Assembly (NCBI GenBank): GCA_013265495.1
Contig: MU058584.1
Span: forward strand, 4,098,508-4,162,507
Direction of reading: 5' to 3'
Origin: Vicugna vicugna
Taxonomy: Eukaryota
Length of the DNA stretch: 64,000 nt
Below, one piece after another: positions 10,825 to 21,930 of this stretch. Made by a program: the position numbers and the translations under genes. The notes beneath the pieces were generated by a model. The model did not search any database. It saw only the letters and a list, made by a program, of their open reading frames with translations, and was not told the origin of the DNA. Position 1 is the first letter of the stretch. Each line of letters starts with the position of its first letter.

Positions 10825-11941
10825 GGCATTTTCACTGAAGCATTTATTACGCAGAAGAGTAAGGCGCTAGCAAACACGTATAAATTAAAACCGAGCCAGG
10901 CAGAGAGGGTTCTCCATCCATGGCCACGTGCCCTTCTGTTACACAGCACTGTCCCAGGAAGTCAGCTGAGGTTTTCCCCGCCCTGCCACTGTCTTTGGGG
11001 ATCCTTCTAGGTCTGAGTGGTACCAAGTCTTCCTTCGAGGCCTTTCCCTTGACAGGTTTGTCTTTCACTCGGTGAGTTGAGCAAGTGTCTGGAAAGAATG
11101 TGGTCTTGCTTTTCTCGTGCCCCCGGCTGTGTTCATACGCTGATGACACCGCTGTGTTCTTTCACATGTCTCCCCGTAGCTGGCTTCCCTGGGAGAATGT
11201 GGGCTCCGGGAGGGCAAGAATGGGCTTGTTTCGGTCCCCACAGGGCCTGCACACAAGTCCTCCAGGGGGGAATGTATGCTTGGTTGCAGGAGGGCCCCTT
11301 CCCGCCCCACCCCAAGGCCTCTGGCTCTTCTGCCCCCATCCCTCACCCCCCCCACTGCCTCCCCACTTCAGTCACCTCCGGCTGCTACACAGGCCCACCT
11401 TCCCCTCTGCCCTGACCCTTCACCCTCCACAGGAAGGCACTACAGCCTCCCCGGCCCAACCATCAGTTACCCTGGCTGACAACAGAAGCCAAATTTACAG
11501 CAGGAGCGAAGCCACTCAAATACTGAGAGAGCGATACAGACCATTAGGACATTCGCTGACATCTGGGGTTACTCTGGGGACTTTACAAAACACAGCCTAG
11601 CTGGACTGGGTATGAGAAGGAGGGAACCCGTCTTCCAGGTAAGAGCCCAGAGCCACCGGGAGCGGGGCCTGCCCATGGTCTCCAGGAAACCAGACCCCAG
11701 AACACGCTGTGCTCATAGTGGCCTCCTCCAAGACAGGGCCTGGCGGACTCCCTCCCTCCTGGTGTCCAGGGATGAAATTCTGTGTGACAGTTTGGGATTG
11801 GGTATGACTAAATGTTACAACTTGAAGCCTCCCATTCATAAAGAGGAATACTTTGGTGGAGAAGTTATGAGTGAACTGGGTTGTAAATGCTTTATCCTGT
11901 AGCTTGAACAATCCGGGCGTCTGCAGGTCTAGCCTGAGCCG
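10825..11941 (-). other. CD247: CD247 (zeta) 3'UTR, ~1.1 kb
   Basis: Runs from the exon 8 stop to the AATAAA at 10843-10848; cleavage site estimated. Confidence 0.75.
10843..10848 (-). terminator. CD247: Poly(A) signal AATAAA of CD3 zeta mRNA
   Basis: TTTATT on plus strand about 1.1 kb past the stop, consistent with the ~1 kb zeta 3'UTR. Confidence 0.75.
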
Positions 11942-12007
11942 TTAGCGAGGGTGCAGGGTCTGCATGTGGAGAGCATCATAGGTGTCTTTGGTGGCCGCAC
12001 TGAGCCC
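11942..12007 (-). CDS. CD247: CD3 zeta exon 8 (coding part): GLSAATKDTYDALHMQTLHPR*
   Basis: Acceptor tttccctag|GGG; matches the zeta C-terminus with the ITAM3 YDAL; TAA at 11944-11942. Confidence 0.98.
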   Translation of the reverse strand, partial: GLSAATKDTYDALHMQTLHPR

Positions 12008-13232
12008 CTAGGGAAAGCAAATCAGAAAAGAAGAGTGGGTCAGGAGCCCCACGTGGGCACGAGCCTACCTGGAGGCCAGCAGGTGTCTTGTGCAGCCTGG
12101 CCTGTGACCTCCCAGCCAGCCTGAGGGCCTACGAACCATCCCCACAAGCCACAGGCGGGGGCCTTGGCCTATGTGGCTGGAGCAGAGATGGGCTCTGTGT
12201 CCCGCTGGGAATGGCCCTGGTGCAATTCCTTTCCAGCTAAATTCTCATCTTCTCCCACCTTGTCAAATGCAATGCCCAACAGAACTTCCTGTCAGACCAC
12301 AGAGGAAGGAGAGCGCCCCAGTTGGAACACTGAGCTGGAGCCAGGGGGCAGGGGGCAGTCCTGCTCCAGAGAATCGGCTGTCCCTGAGGCATGGGCCTCC
12401 AGGAAGCCGGGACGTATCACGGGCACAGAGTGGCTCGTTGGCCTCAGCCCTCCTGAGCCTCCTTCCACTTCTTTGCAGGGGAACAGGCAGGCTGGTCCAA
12501 CCTCACTGGACCGTCTCCCTCTCTGGTCGAGAAGACAGATCAACAGCAGCCACACAGAAAAATTCTGGGGGCCGTTTTGACATCACCCTGAACTCAGGCA
12601 AGCCAGGCAGCCCGAGATTTTAGAGTCAGTCGAGCGAGCTGTGAACAGCCTTGGGGAGGCATGAACAGCGAAGTGAGAACCCAGAGAACCCACCGGGGAT
12701 TACATTTTAGAGAAGTAGGTTGGTTGCGCTTAGTTTGCATAATTATTCACACTGATCTGCATAAGCTAGGTACCTGGCTACAGCTATTTGATTTGTTTTC
12801 CCTCAGTCTTCTCACCCATCCTCCCATCCTGTGAGGGGTGAGGATGCGAGGCAGAGCAAGGCTTCTGCAAGGGCCCAGAGCTGCAGAGAAAGTGGCAGGA
12901 AGTGGCTCGTGGGGCATCCTCTGCTACAAGACCACCCAGCCTCCAGGCAGCTGCCCCTGGTGTGACGGGGCAGCGCTCCCACGGCCTCCAGGCCTCCAGG
13001 TCGGAGCCAAGTGCTTGAATGGTTGAATCCCAACCCTGCCCCAGGGACTGACTGACAGAGGAGTTACCCTGGGCCTGAATGCGTGTCTCGGGCTTGCCCA
13101 GCCCAGCTGCTGACAGGAGCTGGCGCCACCAACAAGCAAAACCAGGGAGCCTGACCTCGGCCCTGGTTACATGGTGCCACCCTGGGAAGAAGGGCAGCAG
13201 CGCAGGCCAGAGGCACTGCCACCAGCCCTTAC

Positions 13233-13274
13233 CTGGTAAAGGCCGTCCTGCCCCTTGCCTCTTCGCCGCTGGTT
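13233..13274 (-). CDS. CD247: CD3 zeta exon 7: NQRRRGKGQDGLYQ
   Basis: Acceptor ctcctgcag|AAC and donor CAG|gtaagg. An alternative acceptor 6 nt downstream would start the exon at 13268. Confidence 0.96.
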
Positions 13275-13320
13275 CTGCAGGAGTGAGACAAGGAAAGGGT
13301 TAGAAAGCCAGAGAGTCAGT

Positions 13321-13780
13321 ACTACTCAGCCACAGAAAAGAATAAAATAATGCCATTTGCAGCCACGTGGATGGACCTGGAGATCATCACATTAAGTGAA
13401 GTAAACCAGAAAAAGAAAAATACCATATAATATCACTTACATATGAAATCTAAAAGAATGACCTAAATGAACTTATTTACAAAACAGAAACAGATTCACA
13501 TAGGAAACAGTCTTACGGTTATCAGGGGGAAAGGGGGTGGGGAGGGATAAACTGGGAGTTCGGGATTTGCAAATACTAACTACTATATAAAAAATAGATA
13601 AACAGCAAGGTCCTACTGTACAGCACAGGGAACTACATTCAGTATGTTATAATAACCTATAATGAAAAATAATATGGAAAGGACTATATATACACATAAG
13701 TGAATCACTATGCTGTACACCAGAGACTAACACTACATTGTAAACTGACTATACTTCAATTAAAAGCAAAAAGAAAAAAC
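13321..13780 (+). mobile_element. 5'-truncated L1 3' end in CD247 intron 6
   Basis: L1 ORF2 end/3'UTR motifs (atgccatttgcagc, ggatggacctggag, cagcacagggaact) and an A-rich tail. Confidence 0.9.
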
Positions 13781-14720
13781 CATACAGTCAGGCTGTCAGC
13801 AATAGCCTTCCTGCCCAAGGGCCCTACTTGAGGGGCGCCAGAGAGGCAGAGATGACTGCCCCCCAGCCAGCACCCCTGCCCCCTGGGAGAGAAGGGTCCT
13901 CGGGCCACTGGTCAGACCTTGGCCTCTGCAGAGTAAGGTGAGGCCTGGTTCTGACCAGGCCCAGGCTTGCTCTGCCCAACTCAGATCCTCCCAGGCATCA
14001 GATTCTTGGATCTGGTCCACATGGGAGTTGCCCACGTGGCCCACCGCTTGGAATTAAACGAGCTTCCCTGATGCTCTCAAAATTCTCGGCTAGTCATCAA
14101 CGCTCCCTGGGAACGGCACCTACGCCGTGGGGACAAGCTCAGACGTAGAGCCCACCCCCATCCTGGCTTCCCTGTTCACCGGCTGCGTGGCCTTGGGTAA
14201 GTTACCGCACCTCCTGTGCCTGGCAGGGCACCTTTCTCACTGGGTTGTTGTGGGAATTACAGGAGACCATCTATCTGGTAAAGCATTGACCAGGCCAGCT
14301 TCACAGGCATGTCACCAATGCAGTGACACAGGGGTCAAATTTAGAGGGGTTCAATGCTCTGTTCTCGCTTTTTGGAAATTCTCAGTCATTTATGAACAAC
14401 GGGCCCTGCCATTCCAAGTGCACATGATAATGACTGTTATTAATGGTGACAGATTTGACCTGTTTTTGCAAAGCACAGGCATCTTAGAATCTAACTAGGT
14501 TTTCACTCCTTAAAGGGCATCAGCCCTTCCTTAGTACCTTACATACTAGCCAGTGGGCAAGAGCTGGACTAACTCTGCCTCTGCCAGCCACCACACGGGC
14601 TTTTGCAGGTAATCAGAGGAAGGGGTGGGACTAGAGGCCTGTGGCAGGGCATCTGGAAACTTCTCTGGAGCAACTCCTACACCACCCAATTCTTGGGAAT
14701 TAAGAAAGAGCAACGCTCAC

Positions 14721-14777
14721 CTCGCTTTTCATCCCGATCTCGCTGTAGGCCTCCGCCATCTTGTCTTTTCGCAGCTC
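14721..14777 (-). CDS. CD247: CD3 zeta exon 6: ELRKDKMAEAYSEIGMKSE
   Basis: Acceptor ttttctctag|GAG and donor GAG|gtgagc; 57 nt; contains the ITAM2 YSEI. Confidence 0.98.
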
Positions 14778-15611
14778 CTAGAGAAAAGGGTGCGAGACAC
14801 TGGTTTTACCAATTAACGCAGAAAACTGTGGGCTCTCCTACAAGAGGAAACTTCTGGATTCCCAAGTTGGTCAGGAGTTGCGGGGAAGGCTTCCACAATC
14901 AAGGCTCCAGGCCTTATTCACACAAACATCTTTGCCAACAACCAGGTCCAACTCCATCCTCCTCCTCCTCAGCCCACTGGAACATTCTCTGAGCTGCCAG
15001 CCCTTTGCATGGAGCTGAAAAACTCAGGTTAGGTTCAAAAAGATAAGATGTGGAGTCCTAGCTAAAGGACACGCATGTTGGACAATGCAAGGGCTCACTG
15101 GGAGCTCCAGAATCATCTATTTGAGTTAGTTGTGTCTTTACACAGCCAGCACCATGAGCGGTGGGTCAGCCAACTGCAGGACGGAAAGCAGGGTAGCTCT
15201 CCTTACAGCAGGTCACCGCCTACAACAGTCCCTTTTGTGGCAGCCCCAGATCAACACCCAGGATGGTGAGGCTGACTTTCCAATGAGAGGCGACACTCAG
15301 GGGATAACTCCAGCCCTGAGGAACAGGAGCCCTCAGAGGGGGCTTCCCCAGCCTGATGTCGCTGTCCCCCAAGGGGGTCCCCACCGGGCTTATCAAGGGA
15401 ACTCCAACAGCAGGGAGGGAAGGCAAGCCAAGGGGCCTTCCAACAAGCAGCCGCTGCAGGCGGCAAGCAGGGGAGGCATTATCTGGCCCAGGGAAGTGAC
15501 GGCCAAGCCAGGCAAAGACCACCGAGTAGGGAGCAAAGTCTTCATCCAAGGCCCTCCTCCAGCCCTACCAGCCAACTTTTCCAGGGAGAATGTGACACCT
15601 CCTCTACTCAC

Positions 15612-15647
15612 ATTGTACACGATGTCCTGGGGATTCTTCCTCCTCTG
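15612..15647 (-). CDS. CD247: CD3 zeta exon 5: (Q)RRKNPQDIVYN
   Basis: Tandem acceptor cccagCAG and donor AAT|gtgagt; 36 or 33 nt. Confidence 0.96.
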
Positions 15648-15958
15648 CTGGGAGAGACAAGGGGGAGAAGTTAGAGGTGGAGAAACAGGAATCCAGGCCA
15701 GGAGAGCTGCAGCACCCTCCCCATGCCCCGTGGCCCCACACCCTCTGTGGGCTCTGCCGTCAGCCTGTCCCCTTCCTGAAGGGCAGCGGGAAACAGGGCC
15801 TCCCCCGTCCTCATGCCCAGGCCTCTCACATTACGGTGGAAGGTAGTGGCAGAGTGTGGCAGAGTGCCCAGGAGTCCTCTCCTCACTGCCCGGCTGAGCC
15901 CTTACACACACTCACACCCTCTCATCACACACACGTGCAGAGACAGTTAAGGCCCTAC

Positions 15959-16039
15959 CGGTTTCCCTCCCATTTCAGGGTCCAGGCCCCCTCTCTTATC
16001 CAAAACAGCATACTCCTCTCTTCGTCCCAGATTGAGCTC
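15959..16039 (-). CDS. CD247: CD3 zeta exon 4: [27 protein letters not shown]
   Basis: Acceptor ctgttttag|GAG and donor CCG|gtaggg; 81 nt; contains the ITAM1 YAVL. Confidence 0.98.
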
Positions 16040-16339
16040 CTAAAACAGAGAGAAAAGCATCAGAGACCAGAAAGAGAGGCTCAGGAGGATGGGGCTGGCG
16101 GGACTGGGAGACCACTCTGGGTGGTGGCTCACAAAGGAAAGAGCAGGGGCTGGGAGATTCATGGGGAACCATCATCTCCAAGAACATCTCAAAGAACATG
16201 CGTTACCTTGCGGGGGACAGGGGAAAGCGGTGATCATCGGTTCGACTAAAGTCCCACTGCACAGGGAGCGTGAAATCGCTTCCCTACCGCAGGGAAGATT
16301 TTAGACATTCCTTCTCCACCCCCATCTCTTCTGGCCTAT

Positions 16340-17120
16340 GAACCGCGGAGCAGGCACTACACCAAGTAGGCGCCTTCCGGGCATCAAATCGCTAGTGGTG
16401 GCATCCTCGCAGTAACCCCACGAGGCAGGCACCTTGACTATCCCCGTTTTACTGGTTAGGAAACTGAGCCCCAGGGAGGTAAGACGACTTGCAGGGCTGG
16501 CAGCCGTGGACCAGACGTAGACCGAGCCCCTGGCCGCCGTCTTCCCCACGCCCCAGCTGCGGGCTGCACTTGCTCTCGGCGGGGCTCCACGGGAGAGGCA
16601 GACTTACGTTGTAGACCTGGTTCTGGCCCTGCTGGTAGGCGGCGACGTCCGCGCTCCCGCTGAACTGGATGGAGAAGTGGGGAGAGAGCGCGTTACGCCC
16701 CGCGCACGCAGCCTCGCCCCGCTCCTCGACGGCCAACGGCGCGCGCCCTGCCTGCCGCGGCCGGGCCCCTGCGGGGGCGGTGCTGTGGGGGCCCCCTTTT
16801 CTGATCTCAACTGTTCTTTCTCCTCCCAGGGGTCAAGGGCAGATACGGCGTCGGCCCCCAGCACCCGCTGCGCTTTCTTCTCCCCCCGCCCGCGGCCTCG
16901 CGCGTGCGCAGAAGCGCCAGAAGCACCGGGCTCGCGGACCGCGCCCCCGGGTTCCGGGAAGGTCTCCAGGCCCCGCCCTCCGGGGCTCGGGGCACGACGG
17001 TGGCTGCGCAAGGTCCCACCTCCTATCTCGACCCCGCCGCAGGGTGCTTTCCGTGCGGCGCTGGGTCGCGCCAGCTTAGTGTCCTGAGGACCTGGCCCAG
17101 GCACATCGCCTCGCTCGATT
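16340..17120. promoter_or_regulatory. Intragenic CpG island over CD247 exon 3
   Basis: Very GC- and CpG-dense by eye, with GC boxes (e.g. ccccgccc near 16883 and 16971). Confidence 0.75.
16608..16664 (-). CDS. CD247: CD3 zeta exon 3: FSGSADVAAYQQGQNQVYN
   Basis: Acceptor ctccatccag|TTC and donor AAC|gtaagt; 57 nt. Confidence 0.98.
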
Positions 17121-17861
17121 TTCAGTTCATGCCGCCTCAGGTGAACTCCAGGGGCTTAGCGATTCAGAGCATTGGGAGCCACCTGAGAGATCACCTAGAA
17201 CAACGTCGTTCAGACTTAAGAAAATCAGTAAGGCTCTGTTCTTTATAACAAAATCTTTTTGCCAAAGTCCAAAATCAAAAGGAGAAATGGATTGAGGCAC
17301 GGGAAGTGATAACGACTTGAGTTTCCTGTCCCAGAAGTCCTTCCACCCTCTGCCCAGGCCATGGCCACCCGCAGCCCCAGCCCCTCCAAGAAATCCAGGG
17401 CCCGCAGGGGCACCAGGTGAAAACCCAGGCTCTGGGCCAACCCTCCCATGTACTGATGAGGAAGCGGAGGTTTCTAGAGAAAGGCTGGGAGGGCCTGGGT
17501 CAGCAATTGGACAGCAGACTCTGGAAAGGGACCACAGGTCCCCACCTCCCTGTTCTTCACTGCCTGAAGCATAACCCCCTCTCTTGCTGGCAGAGCCCCT
17601 GCCCTGGGATGCTTTGATCCGCTGGCTCCTCACTAAGGCACCAGCACCAGGCTTGCCTTCCCACTCTGTCCAGCTCAGCCGGATACCACCCCCCACTTCC
17701 GCAGCCCACCCAGTGTGCACACTTGGCTGGTCCCTGCTTTGCCCGTGGACACCAAGTCTCAGGTACCACCCAAGCTTGAGGCTTTACAAGACCAAGTCCC
17801 CTCTGAACACCCACTGAGTTGGGGAGCCCACGCCTTCCCCCCAGAGCCCAGTGGTACCCAC

Positions 17862-17965
17862 CTTCGCTCTCAGGAACAGAGCAGTGATAACGACGCCATA
17901 GATGAAGAGGATCCCATCCAACAGGTAGCAGAGTTTGGGATCGAGCAGGCCGAAGCTCTGTGCCG
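17862..17965 (-). CDS. CD247: CD3 zeta exon 2 (ectodomain and TM): [34 protein letters not shown]
   Basis: Acceptor tgacacag|CG (phase 1) and donor AAG|gtgggt; 104 nt; dimerising Cys and TM Asp present. Confidence 0.98.
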
Positions 17966-20520
17966 CTGTGTCAGGAGATGAGATTGGTCAACCAGGTGGC
18001 CCAGGTGGCACAACATGTCCCCACAACCCCGAGGGGGCCATGACCGGTCAAGGAAATCATGACAGGGGACTGGATCCATTCTTCATACCCCTCTGACCAC
18101 AACCACGCTTCTACCCACTGGGACCAACCCCTGGGAAAACCTAGCCTGCCCTAACAACCTAGTGCCCCAACATGGCACCTGGTGGGGCCACGAGCTCTGG
18201 AAGACAGGAGCGAGGCAGAAACCAGATGGGAAGGGGAAACTGTCGCTGCCCACAGGACTGCTATTTAGGGCGTGGGAGCCCAGCTGGGTGTGAGCACCAT
18301 CTGAACCACACACTCTGGACGCCTCTGTAAGATGCCCACCTCTGGATGAGTGGTACCACCACGGGGATTAGGGTCTGTGGCTCCCCGAGGCTTACCCACA
18401 GGCGGAGAACGGGACTGAAGGTCAAAAGAGATAATTTCAACCTCTTAATTTCAACTTAATTAGGACTGTGAGAACCTGGGTTAACTCTTCCTTCCTGACT
18501 CCCTGCTTCCTCGGTGTCAGGCACTGAGCAGTGGGATCTGGTGCTGGGCTTCCCTCCCCTGGGCCCTGAGGGGTCTCATGAGATGAGGTGCTTTGGTGGT
18601 CCCCCCTCCACTCTTGAACCTGGCAATCTCCCTGCTCACCAGTCCTAGTTCCAAGTCCTCAGCCTCATCCCTCCCTCTCTGCTCCCCTCGCCCACACTTG
18701 TCATTCCCAGGACACACCTTGCTCTTGCAGACTGTTTGCTTCTGTCCGCTCTATGTAGTCTCTCCCTGTAATACAACCATCTGATGCAGCCTACAAAGTG
18801 CTGCTCAGAGGTCCCCTCTGTTTAGGCTGTTCCACCCCACATTGTCAAGGAGCCCCTAATCCCTACTGCCATAATAGCCTTTGTCAAACTATAGTATGCA
18901 TATTTAATTGGGCACTGGCATTGGAATGCAATCTGGTTGAGGAAGGGGGTACAATAAATAAAAACATTTTTATTTGAAATCTTACTGCACTGTGAGTGAG
19001 GAGACAGATTTTAGTCTAGACTGTTCTTTCTACCAGGCAAGTGTGCGGAAATCCAAGCTGTAAAACGGGGCATAGTACACGGCTCACTCCAGCCCTGCCT
19101 GGTATTGATAGGAGCAGAGGTCCCGCGGCCGCCTCCTCTCCCGAGGCCGGGGCGCCCTCTGGTGGCCGCCTGCAGGCCTACGTCGGGGCTAAGAGAATGG
19201 ATTGCGTGCACTTGAACGCTGCCTTATCCTTACTAGCTATGTGACTTGGAGCGAGTTATTTATCCGAAGTCAGCTGCCTCTTCTCTTGACCGGGGTGAAA
19301 ACTGCCACATTTCTTTAGTGTTCACTCCGTAGCAGACACTGCTTTGATGTAACAACTTGTCAGATCCTCGCAACAGCACCACACGGACGCGGAGGCACGG
19401 AGAACCTCAGCTTTAGCCAGGAGCACGCACAGCAAGTGGGAGGCAGCCCAGGACTGCCCCCCGCAGCGTGTCTCCCCTCCCTTTCCCCTCCTCCCCTGGG
19501 CCCAGCCCTGCCCATTCTCCTGCAGGAGCAGCGTTTTGGCTTCTCCTGCACGCCTGGGAGCGGGTTAGTCAAGGCTGCCCCAGAGTCCCGCCCCGCCAAT
19601 CCCTCTGTCCTCAAACCTTTGGCTCTCTCCCTAACTCAGGACTCCTGCTGGCCCCAGGCAATGATCTCTGTAAAATTCCCAGTCCCTGCTCAGACACCAT
19701 CAGCCTCTCAGTCTTTCTGAGCAAAGTCCAGCCCTGACCTAGCAGTTCAGATCCAGTCCCTACCATGCCTTCTCCCCACACGGCCCGGCTCCTCGGGCTC
19801 CACCCTCCTGCCCTCCCTCTGGCTGGTTCCTCTTCCTGGCCTGCGGTTGCTAGCACCACCCGCTCCACTCAACAGCTGCTGGAATGGGACTCCTCCCGTC
19901 ACTGCCACAGCCCCTAGTGAGAATGCATTGTGCTGATGGAGGTGCCAGAGCTTGTCTCCCAAATTGCGCTGTACAGACAGCCTGTGTTGGGTGACCAGAT
20001 CCTGCTCCATCCAGGCTGTCAGCACTGGATTACAATGGCTGCACCTTCATTTATGGCTCGTCCTCCACACCACCATCAGAGCACAGAGCACGGGGGAGAC
20101 ATTCACTAAACAGAGGGAACTTTCAGGGATGATGCCAGGGCCCCCCCCACCCAAGGTTGGCCTGCCCTCTGGCCCTGAGGGAGCGCCAGAAGCCCCCACT
20201 GACCGAAGGTGGGAGTCTGAACGTCTCTAGGAGACAAGCCAGCCGCCCAGCAAAGGCCACCAAAGCTGGGGTGATTTTTTTTTTTCTTTTAGGACTGGAG
20301 AGGAGGTGTCAGCAGCGATTTATGGGGGTGGTTGAGATTCAGAAAAAGGGTTGGGAGAAAATCGCTCAGTTGCCTGTCACATAAAATGAGAACAGAAAAA
20401 TTGCTGGACAGTAAATTTAGAACAAATAAGAAGAAATATTTCTTGGTGTTGTGCAGAGCCAGCGTGGCGAGGGTGGCGGGGATTGAGAGCCTCCCCAGAG
20501 ATAAGTAATAGGGGCAAGTT

Positions 20521-20531
20521 TTCCTTCCTTC

Positions 20532-20605
<74 letters not shown>
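20521..20605. repeat. (TTCC)n(TTTC)n microsatellite
   Basis: Long perfect TTTC run. Confidence 0.95.
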
Positions 20606-20606
<1 letters not shown>

Positions 20607-20859
20607 GAGCAGCATGATTTTATGACCAGTGACAAGTATGCTGTATGTGGTTTGGTCGAGGAGAGGCTATTTATCGCTACGCACTTCCCAGCGTAGGGAC
20701 CCTCTCTCTCCCTAGTCCAGCTGTGTCTGTGCTGGGAGGTATGGGCCTGAGGAAGGCAGTGATAGTCCAGAAAGTTCCTTGGAGGGACCCAGGACCTAAT
20801 TCAATTACGTGATTAAGTAAATATTTATTGGACTTCTGCTTGATGTCAGAGAATGTTGA

Positions 20860-21030
20860 AATAGAAAGAGCCCTGGACTGGGTGTCAGGTGGGTTTAGCC
20901 CTTCCCCTGCCACTAGGCAGCTGTGTGGTCTTGGACAAGTCACTTCACCAGTCTGGGCCTCAGTTTCTCCATCTGTTAAATGGTGGATAATCTTATCTAC
21001 CTTAAGGGTGTGGTGAGAATCAAGTAAGAG
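20860..21030 (+). mobile_element. MIR
   Basis: MIR core ctgtgtggtcttggacaagtcacttc...gcctcagtttctccatctg. Confidence 0.8.
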
Positions 21031-21769
21031 AACGTATTCGTGGGTGTTTCTGTAAGTTTCCTTCATAAGGACAATGATGTCTAACATTTCGGTAGGGTCT
21101 TCCGAGTTCCTGCCTTCATGGGGCTTATGGCTTAGCTTAAGAGGCCAGGCCCAGGGTGGAGGGGCTTCCCTTGAACAGCAGACAGCTTTCCAAGATGCCA
21201 GCTCAAAGGTACAAATCATAGACACTCCCAGGAGTCCAGCTTCTTCCTTGTCCTCTCCACCCACAAGGAAGACACCTGTTCGCCTCTTTCCCTGAGCCAC
21301 TTGTGCATCTTGTTTCTGCATTCAATTTAAAAGACAGGCATTTGATGGGGTTATATGGTGGCTGTTTTCCTATCCACCTGGAGAAGCGGTTTTATCTCAT
21401 GCGCCTCCTGTCCCCCACCCCAGATCCACAGCACCAGGAGAACCCCAGTGTTTGAACAAGTACCCAGATACTGATTGAGGGTTCTCACACAGACCCTGGA
21501 TCCTGGCTGCATATTAGAATCACCCCCAACCCCCCAAGTTCTCATTTAATTGGTCCAGGGTGGGGTCTGGGCATGAGCATGGGCTGGTGCCCGGCAGGGT
21601 TGAGTTTCAGAGCTGTAACAACACTCGTGCACAGCCTTCCATAGCAGCACAGCCACACCCTACAACAAGTATACATTTCGCTGCCAAACAGAGACAAAGA
21701 ACGAAATTAAAGCCTCAGTCTCTCATCTGCACTGTAATTTTTGTGCACTTCTGAATGGTGTGTTATTGA

Positions 21770-21915
21770 ACTTGTCTAAGCCTCAGTTTCCTCATCTGTA
21801 AAGTGGGATAATAATATTCCCTGTCTCATTAGGTGGTGGTGAGGCTTAATTAAGATAATTATTATGGGGTTCAGGACCAAGCATGTAATAAGTGCTCCAT
21901 AGGTCAGCTATTGTT
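21770..21915 (+). mobile_element. MIR (3' half)
   Basis: gcctcagtttcctcatctgtaaagtggg...aagtgctccataggtcagctatt. Confidence 0.8.
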
Positions 21916-21930
21916 GTCACCGTGATTTTT

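Noticed and set aside
15130..16249. 238 aa and 190 aa plus-strand ORFs
   Set aside because: GC-rich, antisense to CD247 exons 4-5, with no recognisable domain or exon structure.
16604..17720. Several 130-200 aa ORFs over the exon 3 CpG island
   Set aside because: Stop-poor GC-rich sequence; only the 57-nt exon 3 is supported.
20677..21321. 214 aa minus-strand ORF
   Set aside because: Runs through a MIR (GETEAQ...EVTCPR is a typical MIR translation); no homology recognised.
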